A program made the translations under genes and the position numbers. Below, in pieces: positions 52,655 to 64,000 of a DNA stretch of 64,000 nt. The notes beneath the pieces are model-generated. The model made no database searches. It was not told where the DNA came from and saw nothing but the letters and a program-made list of their open reading frames with translations. The stretch lies in contig OZ076419.1 of NCBI GenBank assembly GCA_964187785.1, positions 25,234,001-25,298,000 of the forward strand. The letters run 5' to 3'. The DNA comes from Amphiscolops sp. MND2022. Its lineage: Eukaryota. How positions within the stretch are numbered: position 1 is the stretch's first letter; the number at the start of each line of letters is the position of its first letter.

Positions 52655-53005
52655 GACGAGTTGTATTGGAATCCGGTTCCGGTATACGGTATCCGTTTGG
52701 CAAAAAATGACCGGATATTTTTCTTTAAAAAACTGTAGATTTGATTTTGAAATTGTTCTTAAAAAATGGTTATCAATGGCGTCGTTGAATAATTAACAAA
52801 ATTGTCCCGATCCATTTTTTTTGCAATCCGGCCGATTGCTTTGCGCTTTATAATCCTCGACTGTGGTAAAAAATTTCCAGATTGGTTAGCACGTCTATCC
52901 ATCGATCTCAAAAAATATATTTAGGACTATCCTGTATCCGCTTAATAACCGGTAGAAAAATCTCGCATCTGGTATCCGGTAAGTTCTTATCCAGTTACAA
53001 CCCAA
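52655..53005. repeat. Possible degenerate MITE (ATCCGG/CCGGAT-rich)
   Basis: Weak terminal inverted match (GAGTTGTA... / ...TTACAACCC) and clustered ATCCGG motifs in both orientations. Confidence 0.3.
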
Positions 53006-55048
53006 CAAAAGACTACCCTAAAACTTTTAAACCTAAGTTATTCGAGGTTCAATGATCATTAGATATCGCAATCTCTAAGTTGTAATGATGTGTTCAGGAG
53101 TAGTGTTTTTTTGGAATCTAAGAGTTCCGGTACAGTTTGCTAATCAGGGCCAGTAAAAAACGTGAACGAAATGAAATATCCAGCGTTAATTGTTTTCGTT
53201 TTTGGTCGTTTGTCTTGCTAGTTTATTTGCAGGGGTTAAGCATTTTGTATGACGAACGTTTAACTTCGCCACCTCAAAATGAGTTGCTTGATTTGTTCTG
53301 TTTCTATGTCAATATATTGTTGTGATGTTTACGCTTTTTGTCGCTAAACAAATATGCCAACTTTGTCACATTAACGATGTGTACAGAAGAAGTTTTAATC
53401 TTGCCCAAAGATCAGCAAACATTCGTGCGTCAATAACTTCAACCGACACTTGACCATGCAACTGCCTAAGCCCAAACTCGGCTTGTTATGAAACACTATT
53501 ACGTAATCAAGCGGCCAATATTTGCCCGCCATAAATTATTATCCTCCTTCATGGCTCATCAAATGCCTCTCATACTTCAAACAGAGCCCCTTTTTGTAGA
53601 ACCCCCTCCTTTCTGGGGCTAACGCAAAGTGTACCCCTTAGCGTCCCATTTAAGAAGCCGAGGACCTCTAAAACATTTGATCACCCACTTAGAGATATAG
53701 GGTGTTGGGCGGTAGAGAATTTTGGGCTGTGTAAATATATATTGCTAAATGAACATACAAGAATGCTCTCAGGGATGGTATTTTTGGAATTTAAATTACA
53801 CCCAATTTATCAATCAATCAACTATCAACCAAATGCCACTACCGATGAAATGACGATGTTTCCAATACAATGCTTTGTTGTTGAAATGTTTTCATAGCTT
53901 CTCAAAGTTTCCTCTGACAAACGAGGAAAATAATTGATGATATGAATTCGCCGCATTCCTTTCTGGCACATCTCCGGGACGAATTCCTTCCGGGACGCAA
54001 ACATCCAGTTTTTTCCATAATCCGACTGTCAGTTTTTTTGGTGTCGTTTCAGTTGAAATTTGAGTCGAGCTTCAAGATCTTGATCAAAATAGAAAAAGCG
54101 CGTTTTTATTGAAGTAAAATATCGGTTTCTACTTTGTTACATGTTTCCATTTTACTCGGTAGTTCGTTGCGATATTTTTTTACTTATCGAAGAGAAAGTT
54201 TCTCACAATGTTTGGGGTAGAATCAATCCAGTAAACCGTGTTAACAACGACTGAATTTGTAAATTTATAACTTTTTATAACTAAATTCATCTAATCCGTT
54301 ATTTGGGTTGAGTTTTATTGCGAACTGTTTTATAGCATATTAGGTTGTTATGGAAATCGCGGTTGTTAGGAGCGCAATTTACTGTGTTTATTTGGAAACA
54401 AAGTCTGTACGCAAACTTGGCGATCTGCCAGGCTGAAGTAGATTGAAGACACGAACTGCTTGTCTTTTAATGTGTTGTTTAATGTCTGCATTGTAAAACT
54501 GCATTTTATGGTCTGTTCATTATCACCTTTCATAGCTCCACAGTCGTCATTTCTGAAGGGAGGAATTAATGCGAAACTGTGCTACTGATATGCATATTTT
54601 GGGTGGAAAGGGTTGGGAAAAGCATTTTTTGTGAATATTTTTATCCGAATTTTTCGAAGATGCGATTTTTTTTTCGTTTTGAAATCGTTTTTCCGCCAGT
54701 ATTTTTTATATGAAAAATAATTACCTTGCATGTTTTTTCAGAACGAAATTGTTATAGGGCATGAAATTGCTCGGCATCATTACATGTGGACTCTGAAACA
54801 CTAATGCATTAGCTTTAACGCATAGGGCGATATTTCAAGCCTTTTTGAACCTCAAATATCTTGGGTCCAAATCCGAATTTAAAAAATCTGTTTTTTGTTT
54901 TTTTTTGTGTGAATGCAGAATATCTCTTGGCATTCCTCTGAAAACTAGCAGAGTACCCTCCCTGATTCTTGCCATGTTCTATGGTTCACTGCAACTTTTT
55001 GTATGAATCATTGAAATTTTGCATGTTTATATGTTTTGTATGTTTCAG

Positions 55049-55220
55049 TCATCCGTTATTTCCATTGTTACAACTGCTGTTTGACAAGTGTGAGACGGCG
55101 ACCAATTCTGCCGAGTGTCCGTCATCAGCCTCCTTCGACATGGACATAGAGAACTTCATTAACCTCCACGAGAGGGACAAAAAACCCTTCTACACTGACA
55201 ACGCCGACGCCAACGATGTC
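55049..55220 (+). CDS. pknox: Pknox/Prep MEIS-domain HR1 exon
   Basis: HPLFPLLQLLFDKCETATNSAECPSSASFDMDIENF...KKPFY. SASFDxDIENF is PKNOX-type, not Meis-type. Acceptor TTTCAG, donor GTC|GTAAGT. Confidence 0.95.
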
Positions 55221-58200
55221 GTAAGTCCCAATTAACTTACCTCTTCATTTAAATAGATGCCGCGGCTATTAACCTTATCAGCAACCCTTGTTCATATAAA
55301 ACTATATAAATTGGAAAATGGAAGCCCTTAAGTGTATAAAAGCGAAGTTAGAGAAGTTAATGACATGCCATTGATGAATCATTGATGCACGTATTGTTGG
55401 TATTTTCGGTCGTTAGGTTGACATCGCGAAAAGTCCTCTGATCATATTGGAAAAAAATCGACTTTCAGTTCAATGAGAAGAATTTTTCGTTTTCTTATGG
55501 ATGTCCATATTGAAATATGAACTTTGTATGAATAAGGGAGTGAACAAAAATTTCAAGAAATCCGTTGACGTGTGCCATAAGATTCCTATGGTACACTTAA
55601 GTAGCTCCTATACTTGATATCATACCCTTACACATCATATACATAAGTGTATCTCTAGTTACCTTCCGCCCACCGTAGTTGCACAACTTCTCAACTGCCC
55701 TTTCTTAGCGTAGAGTACCTCCTGCTAAACTTTCCTTTCTCAGGAAATGTGCATAAACTCAATTATCCTAATCTCTACCTCATCCCGAGGCGCTTTGGCG
55801 TTTTCTTTCTTCCTCTTCTCAACTACAGCTTCTCGCTCCACATCTTCGACCTCTTTTACATTGCCTGTTAAAAAGACACAAAGCAAGCGGGCTGAACTGA
55901 AAGTGTATGTTGTCAACAAAGTCGTTCTGATAGTTGAATCAATGAATGGTTGGTAAATAGCAGTAGTGATTCGAGCTAGACACCCATGCTTTGTGAATCA
56001 TGTTTTCCAAAACCATGTCCCTAGGTTCCTACCATTGGAAAAACCGCGCTCTCGAAACGTCGTTTTTAAATTATGTTGAGCTTCCAACTCGAAATTTTGT
56101 TTCGCAAACTCTTTGCACGCATCTGAAAATATTTGTTAATTCACTCAATTTTAAGTCATTCAATGAAATTGATTCAAAATCGATCACAGATTGAAATTTT
56201 TCTTTGAGTTGGTAAAAGAATCTCAAATTGTTGGATTTTCAAGAAGAAATCACGTTCCATTTCAATTTTAAAGCAGTTAATTTTTTAAAACTGTTTTTAA
56301 ATCTACCGTTTTTAGTTTCATCGTGAATTTGCTCATCACCACGATGGACGTCAATAGTCTTCAACTCTTCAGGCTATCGTTTTCGCTTTTGTGTTTCGAT
56401 TGACGGCTTTGTGTTTCTATGAATGACGTTCAGAATTGTAAGTTTCACTCGCTTTGTACGCAATACTGCGTTATCGCTGTCAGAATTTGAAATGTTCGCA
56501 CAAATTTTGTCGTGAAAACCTTGTCAAGAAAATTTGACAAACCAAACATATTGGAAAAGATTGGATAAGCTTGGAAAAATTATTTTGGTCTTGGCTTGAA
56601 ATCCAACTTTTTTCAACAGAAAAAATCAAGAAACTGTGGTTCATCGACTGGTGTTATTTTTCATTTGCTTCTCGATATGTCTCCACTTTTTTGCGCTTTT
56701 CAATTCTGTATCAGGGATGATAAATTTTTGCGAGCGAATAGTTTGTCTCGAGTCGGCTTTTTGACGATCCATGCCAAGTTGATGGTTTTGTTTGATTGAA
56801 ACTATTGGTGTTTTTGTACAAGAATTTTTCATCGTAAATTGTAAGCTACAGAAGCGAAAAGCAAAAGCATCCATCAAACATTATGACGTATCTTAATCAA
56901 TATAGTAGCATATTAATATTATCATAGCCATTGCACTTGAATAATACTAATTGTCTCTCTAATTGTTTTTCGAGTTATCTGCTTTGGCCGTAAATTGAAG
57001 CGTGAAGAGAAGTTTGAGAGAAGTGAGTTCACGTGAAGTACGCGACCGGCTACTTTTGTAGAGTCTGAAAGATTCGAAATCGTCGGTTGTGTCGTTCTGT
57101 GTGGTTAATAATATTTTCACATGACAAGCCAGAGCAGAGAGCCAAAATTTTGGAGCAAGCTCTGGCTGTGTGTTTGGCGGCACCACGGGGTTCCAAACAC
57201 AATTTGTTGATGATATTGGCTTGTCTCTGCTTGTACTAACTTACTTAGTTAGTACTTTTGCATGTATCGCAGCTTGGTTGCAATTACAGTAAATCTCCAG
57301 TCAGCAAGATCTCAACCACAGACCTCAGCAACAAAAGAGGCACGACTTAGGAACAGAAGAACATCGATGCTTCGTCACTGCAGTTGAATGATTGAAGAAT
57401 AATAATAATGATTGCTTAAATCTAAATGTACTCAGTACGTAGTACTATGATGTCATTGTAACCCACGTTTAGCTTATGACGTGACCCCAATTTCATCACG
57501 TCCTCAACCGCAAAGTTCTTTAGAGACAAGGCAGCCACTTGAAGCCAAGATTCATGAGGGGGTCTTAGAAATGGGTTTTAAATGGGGGTCTAATGATGTT
57601 GTTATAGTATGCTAGTACTATGCTCTGACACTTCGTGTTGAGCTCCGCCCAGAAATACAGGAGAAGAGCTAGAATGTTCTGCGCCCCAAAGCATACACTG
57701 AGCCAGAACCAATCTGCTCAAAGTCAAGTCGCAGAAACTTCTGATAAATTAGCCCAAAACTTCTGTGTTGGCTGTAGTATGCTGGAAGTACTGTTCAAAG
57801 CAAGCTGCTGTTCAAATATATCTAACTTTCAATTAAAGCTAATCTTATTAGTAGTCAATCATTATCTGCAAGCAAGTTTCCGATACTCAAGATAGTCTCT
57901 TGTTTGTTTACTGCCGCAGCCCCTGCGCTGGGTAAGCAGCCAGATGTCATACTAATGCCAGATAGGTCCAGAATTATGTCTGGAATCTGAAGAATGGTCA
58001 AAACCAAAAGTTTCAAAAATTCGACAAAGTATCGCATGACTACTGCCTGGTCTGTCATTTTTGCGCGGGTTAAAAATTAGGCTAAAAAAGACTAACTTTA
58101 TCATCAAAAACTTTAATTTTTAGAAATTTTTTTGCTAATTAAATTGATATCTGGGAATTATGGAAACAGTAGAAAGAAAAAGTCTTTTCATGTATAGCAA

Positions 58201-59116
58201 TGAATGTATGATGACCATCAGTTTCTAAAAATTGTTTCTAAAATCGGGAGAATTTTAAGATCAGAGAGCCGCATAAGAAATGCAAGGCGTCCAATTTATT
58301 TTGTCTTTATTTTTGCGGTTCACAAAAAACCCATTCTAGTCTCTTTCAACAATACCGAGTTCATGGTAAGAATCGAATCGGCGTGGAAGAATATAAAATT
58401 GAAAGGTGGTTCTGTTTGTAAATTAGGTACCTCTATTTAATGATTTACCCCGGCTCCATATACTCCGTATCTTTACTCTATCCCTCTTAGAGAGCAGTTT
58501 TCCCTCTTTTTGATAGGGAGACGCCCCGTGGTCGAATTTGTGTCACGTTCTGTCAGTTAACTTGAAAAATTGTACAAATTGCACCATATCTTCTTTAGAA
58601 CTTCCCCTCAATTTGAAAAGAGCCCGAGGACTGGTAAAAATATGGAATTAATTCAACTAGTTTCCAATAGCATGCAAAGGAATTTTGCCTACCTTCCCAA
58701 GGCTATTTTTTACATACGTCAGCTCTGTGACTAGTTCAATGTCCAGTTTCCATTTCGTCATCTGAGTATCATTGATATCAGCGAACTGCACTATCTCCGC
58801 GTGATATGATTTAGACCCCTTATTACAGTTTTTAACAGTTCTAATTTCAGAGCATCTAATATTCATTTCTTATAAATACGTTTAGTCTGGGATTGCATTT
58901 TCGATTGTTTTCAAGACACATGATTTTAAATCTATTACGTAATCAACTCAAGCCAATAAGTAAATCGGATTTTTTTAACGAGCTCGATGGTTACAGCGTG
59001 TCCGACTTTGTAGTGCGATGGCGTTTCATGACGGAAACTTTCACGAACATCGATGATCTTTGTGATATTTTTGTATGCAGCATGGATGTACATGCATGAT
59101 GTTTGTAAAATTTCAG

Positions 59117-59335
59117 ATGATCAGGGCAATCCAAGTGCTGCGCATCCACCTGTTGGAGTTGGAGAAGGTGAACGAACTGTGCAAGGACTTCTGCCAGAGG
59201 TACATTGCCTGTCTGAAGAACAAGATGCAGAGCGATACCATCCTTGGCTGTGGGGGCGGCCTCGCCTCTCCCGGGGGCACCTCCTCCGGCCTACACCCCA
59301 GCCACTACCCTCTCTCAGACAGTCCCAACTCTCAG
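59117..59335 (+). CDS. pknox: Pknox/Prep MEIS-domain HR2 exon
   Basis: [43 protein letters not shown] closely matches PKNOX (Meis has [19 protein letters not shown]). Acceptor TTTCAG, donor CAG|GTAAGA. The homeodomain exon is not found in the window. Confidence 0.96.
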
Positions 59336-62300
59336 GTAAGAAGATGCTGCATGCAACATGCAATACACAATGCAACCACACCCACTAGGGGTCATTGGAT
59401 TGTGACCCACTAGGGTCACCAGGGTCATTGGATTGTGACCTGAAAGGTCAAAAACATGGAATGAGGCTTTTGTATCAACAAAGATCCGAACTAGTGACGC
59501 TTTTCGTATAGGAAATGCTTTGATAAGGTAGTCGTTGTGACTTTTTTCCTGATAAAAAATTCTAATAAAACTGATGAAAAATGATGGGTTTTAGTTTTTT
59601 TGCTATGAAAAGTGCTTCAAATTTAGCGCGAAAGTAAACAAATGGTTCTGAAATTAAACAACAGACGTTCATTTCAGAAAGTTTTGAAATTTTTGAGTTT
59701 TAGAAAATAGTCATTTGTTGTCATCTTCCATTGCAATTTTGTTGAACCTAAATTTATTAGTACTATAAAATGAAGAGTACATTATCTTCCATGTACTTCA
59801 ATTGTTTAGACTGTATATCATTTGTATGATTTTGATGGCAAAAATCCGAGATATCTTATGGTCATCTTTTTCATCTCAAATTTTCATCTTCGTCCTAAAA
59901 CTTGTGACCGCACCCAAAAGTCTTGGTGTTTATTCAGATAATCGGGCAAATAGACGTGTGATTAAGTTTCTTTTCATCTTCACCAAACAAATTTGTGTTA
60001 TCTCCGCGAGGTTTTAGCCTTCAATTTTTAGTCTTGTCTTTGTTTGAGGAGTTTCATGACATTGGTGTTAGCCAAAACTTGAGTTCTTGAAGTAGTATTT
60101 TGGGCTCTACCTTTTCCGAGAGAAATCAGAACTAAAAGTTCTCATTTTGCGATCTTGTTCTATTTTTGGTGACCCTTCTGGAAGTTTGAATATGCATTGA
60201 CATTGAGTTTGGTTGATAAATGGTATGTCTGGAGTTAAACTGGCAAGTTTACAACACAGTTCCAAAACCCTTTCCTCTATCTGGTCTCTTTTTATGCCTG
60301 GATTGATCCATAGCCGGGGGACCCGATGTTTAGATACTGTCAAATGGGCTAATAATAATAACTAGCCGGTTAATGCAGTTCTTATATTTTGCGAGGCGCT
60401 TATAATTTATTTTCTTTTATATCTGAGTGAACTAATAGCTGTCAAATTGTAAAACATGAACGGCGTTGAACAAATAAATTAGCACTTTGCTGACATTTGT
60501 GATAACCGCCAACCTGGTACGTTTAGTGGGTTTTCCCAACCGGGCCCTACCGCCTCTGGCAAGAATGAGGAAGGTTCTGGTCTCTCTGGTTGCAATTATA
60601 CGTGCTTAAAGTCCAAACACTGGCTCACTAATATGTTACGTATTAAGCACGTACTTCCGTCTGCATGTTTTTGGGAAAAGCTACAAATATTTATATACAA
60701 ACTCGGCACGGTAACAGTAATAAGCAATTAAATAAACTTTTATTTCCTACTTCCGTTCCAATTAAAAACGCACCTCCTTTAACCGTACTTGTTAGCACCA
60801 TGCAACGACCGTAACCCACAACTGAGTTTCAATTGCTCGCTCTTCTTCAACAAAGCTCTCATTTCAACTTCTAGAACCGCCGGTAGTTGTGAACGTCCAA
60901 CAGAAGGCGAAACGAGTTTCTGAAGAAACTTTCTTTGTTTTCAGGTTGTGATTCAGAAGATCAATCATATCGATTAATTTGATTATGCATATGGGAACTT
61001 TTGGGTTATAAAATGAAAAGTACCAGATAAGGTATCAGCTGTTTGAGTTGAGGCACTATTTGTCATTCCAATACATGCGCTAGATTAGTTGTTGTACCAG
61101 AAGTTGGTTTTTTGATCACTAAATCGTGGGAAAATGTGTTTGGGAAAATCAAATATTTTCAGCCCTAAAGCTGCGAACTTAGGTTTTTTGCGATGATAGC
61201 ATGTTATCCTCGATTGATTGGTTTTTTTGGCGTAAATTAAATAGCCAATCATAATTTAGTTTGTTTGTCTCAGTTTGTCAGTTGGTAGAGAAAGATACTT
61301 GAGTTTGGGCAAGATGCTTTGAGGATTGAGAACTGTCGGGTCCTGTTGCGTCATATAGTTTGAACTACAGTTGTGAAGCGGAATGGGCCGGTGGGTTCTT
61401 CTGTCTTGGCTGTCTTGTCTTCTGCCGCTGATTGCTTCTGCTGTAATATCCTTGCATGTTTTGTATGTTTGAGCGAGTGAGTGAATGTGAATGGAGGAGA
61501 TTCGAATGTATGTTGGGAAGATTAATAGATTGACAGGATTGGGCATTGTTTGAAGTTGATGATTTGGTGTTTGAATTGGTGATAGTAGCACAAACAAACC
61601 TTTTAATTTCTATCATCTCACTTTGAAAATCAGCTCAACAAGTCTTCAGTCAATCAGTTAATCTATCGCCTCCTATTTGCACACACATCACAACATCAAT
61701 GGACATGCCTGCAACGGAACAGGGCAAGCAAAAGCACACCGGGTAGCAGATGAACAAAGAACTCTAGAAGAAGTTGAAGAAGCATCTGCAGTAAAGTACA
61801 CAACCCACTCGATGCTACAGAACCCCAAGTATCGTAAATTCTGTCTGCGAAATCTCTGGGCAAACTAAATGTCGCATCAAAAAACAAAGAACCCTCACAG
61901 CTGACGGTGTTTTCTAGGAAAAAATCAAACATTTAAGTGTGTGCTATATGTATGTTGTTGCGGCCATTGACAATTTCCATTTGCGGCCCCGATTCTGAAA
62001 CAATCGGTTTCCCGGCACTTTTTTTAATCCAACGTTTCTATACCATGGCAAGAAACAATGACCATCAAGCGAATAACAACCAACCGATGTAAAAACTACT
62101 CAATGCAATTCAATTTACCATTAATGTCGGTTGTTTTTAATCAAATTTCGCTGTTATTGTTGCAATTTTTAATTTTGATAGCATCATCTTAGAAGTCATC
62201 TTAGCGAGGCAGGTCGCCCCAGAGTAATCAACAGTTGTGACAGGGGAACAAAGTAAAGGGGAAGGGGGGGGGGGTTCAAGAGCTGATAAGTTGGGAGAGG

Positions 62301-64000
62301 CTCAAGTTCGATGTGATAATGATTTTATTATGTAAAAATTTCAACATTAAGTACTTGGAACAGTTGTCAATTTGTCAAGTCCTGATGATGGCGAAACGTC
62401 ATTCTCGTATAAAGTGGAGATGAGTTTTCTTTTGTTGTTTCGTTGCGTGATCAGGGTCAAATGCATTTAAAATTTAAGATATTGGTCTCATAAATTGATG
62501 CCAAATTAGGGATACAATTTAACGACATAGCTTGTAGATTTTATCAGTTACATTATGTTTGCAATGCTTCTTTGAAGCGTTTTCTATCAAAATTACTCAC
62601 ATGAAAAAGTGACAACCGTGCTTTCTGTCCAATTTTGATAATAAGGATTAGGCTGTAAACATTTCTTTTAGCCGGTTTTTTCCCGAATTTTGCCATAGAC
62701 TGACTTCATGGTTTCTTCCACAGAAAGCAACAAAAAATTAGGTTTGCAGCGAATGTATTTTTGTAAATTTGATATTTTTAACTTTTGTAAACTTTCTGTA
62801 TATTTTCGTCAAATTGAATATCCACAAAGCTCAAGGATAAAGAACAATCAACTCCTTAGCATACTTTTAGTCAGTTATATCTTCAGAAGTTCTTTTTTTT
62901 CAAAAAAATGTCAAAACTTTTAATTTTCTAGTTTATTAGTTACACTGGAGCCTCAAAAATCAGTAGTTTTTACAAATGAATGAGGCAAAAAATATTCGGG
63001 TGCTCTGCGAGCGTCTTGTTAATTTTTCTCTCAAATGACTGCTGATCCGAACATTTCTTGAACGTTACTATGTCTCAAATTTCGACATTGACTCAACTAA
63101 GTTGCAATAAACTTGTTATAAACGTTCAAGTCTTTGAAATTTGTTTAGACGGATTTGCAATGCCTAAACTGATCTTTCTATGACAGCTTTACGACTGATC
63201 TGTAAAACCCCGAAGTCTAACTTCCTACCCCAAGTCTCCAAACAAAGAACCCGTAGGGCCCCAAGTTCGGTTGAAAGGTCCAGCCCATGTGTTAATTAGA
63301 GCCATAACAAGGAAGCTGGGGTTTCGATTGAGCTTTGGACTCGCCTCGCAGTGTCGTTAATACCGAACGTCACTCCCGTTGCGGGACGGGCCAGACATTG
63401 TTAATGTGTTGATAGAACCGGTGTTGCCTAGCACTGTCCGTTGGTTGTGGCATTCCTTGCCGGATAGCCGGATATTTCTTCTCCGCTGGCTACTACTATT
63501 GCTTTTTGGACTTAGTGTTCCCAGGCTATCTGGCACAATGACTGGATGTTTGGAAACTGGGTAACATTTGGTTTTGACGTAAGGTACATTGACGTTATCA
63601 TTCTTCGCTTTCTTGGCTTTTGTTTCGCTCAAATTTACCTTCAAGTGGACGTGTCTGAAAATCACGGCTAAATATTTTAAATAAACAAAATGTTCCTGCC
63701 CATGAATTACTAATCCTACGTGTATATTAGCCCGTTTAATTCCCCCCACTGTTAAATGCCTTGACGGTCTGTTATAAACCCGGCGCGTCCCTTGGCATTT
63801 TCTTGTTACTTGTTAAATCAAATCTTGATTCCATCTGATCGGCTTCAATTTGTATGCTTTTGTCGTCTGTCCCGCCAAACTCAAAACCCGCCAAAACCAA
63901 ACCAAACTCCCGGCAATTCCAAACCCGCCGGACTTGCAACTCAATCCACTTTCTCCCCGACTGATTTCCAAACTAGATCCAGATATTCATGTCCAAACTA

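Noticed and set aside
55049-59335. Calling the homeobox gene Meis/homothorax
   Set aside because: The diagnostic residues (FDMDIENF; [19 protein letters not shown]) match PKNOX/Prep, not Meis.
59380-59440. Short tandem duplications (also about 300-350 and 40100-40160)
   Set aside because: These are two or three copies of about 20-30-bp units, typical slippage products with no further structure.
60599-60653. 11-bp inverted repeat TACGTGCTTAA/TTAAGCACGTA as a pre-miRNA
   Set aside because: The 33-nt interior is largely unpaired and the stem is too short.
61520-61540. PBX-PREP autoregulatory site (AGATTGACAG)
   Set aside because: It is an imperfect single match to TGATTGACAG, expected by chance in tens of kb of AT-rich DNA.

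Overview
AT-rich eukaryotic (invertebrate metazoan) genomic DNA in two contrasting halves; the host taxon cannot be established from sequence alone. Bases 1-33 kb are a transposon graveyard. They hold an internally deleted hAT transposase and three Ty3/Gypsy LTR retrotransposons. Element 1 is decayed, at 6849-12824, and is followed by a second primer-binding site (PBS) plus gag copy. Element 2 is near-intact, at 19559-24970, with a 5-bp AGCGG target-site duplication (TSD). Element 3 is a doubly truncated minus-strand relative of element 1 at about 29740-32265. At least five copies of a short non-autonomous element with Helentron/HINE-like architecture are also present. Bases 36-64 kb carry the 5' part of a TALE-class homeobox gene whose MEIS-domain residues are diagnostic for Pknox/Prep. 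Six phase-compatible coding exons can be chained (42865-59335). The homeodomain exon is not seen and should lie downstream of the window. The most notable observations are: a W-x-D-D reverse-transcriptase (RT) active site shared by two diverged elements; a gag ATG formed across the LTR/PBS junction; a conserved uncharacterised RNaseH-integrase spacer and an AT-hook on the integrase tail; an LTR-PBS-gag re-duplication; and a pknox leader with multiple uORFs, a long stop-free frame upstream of the first ATG and a probable GC-AG intron.
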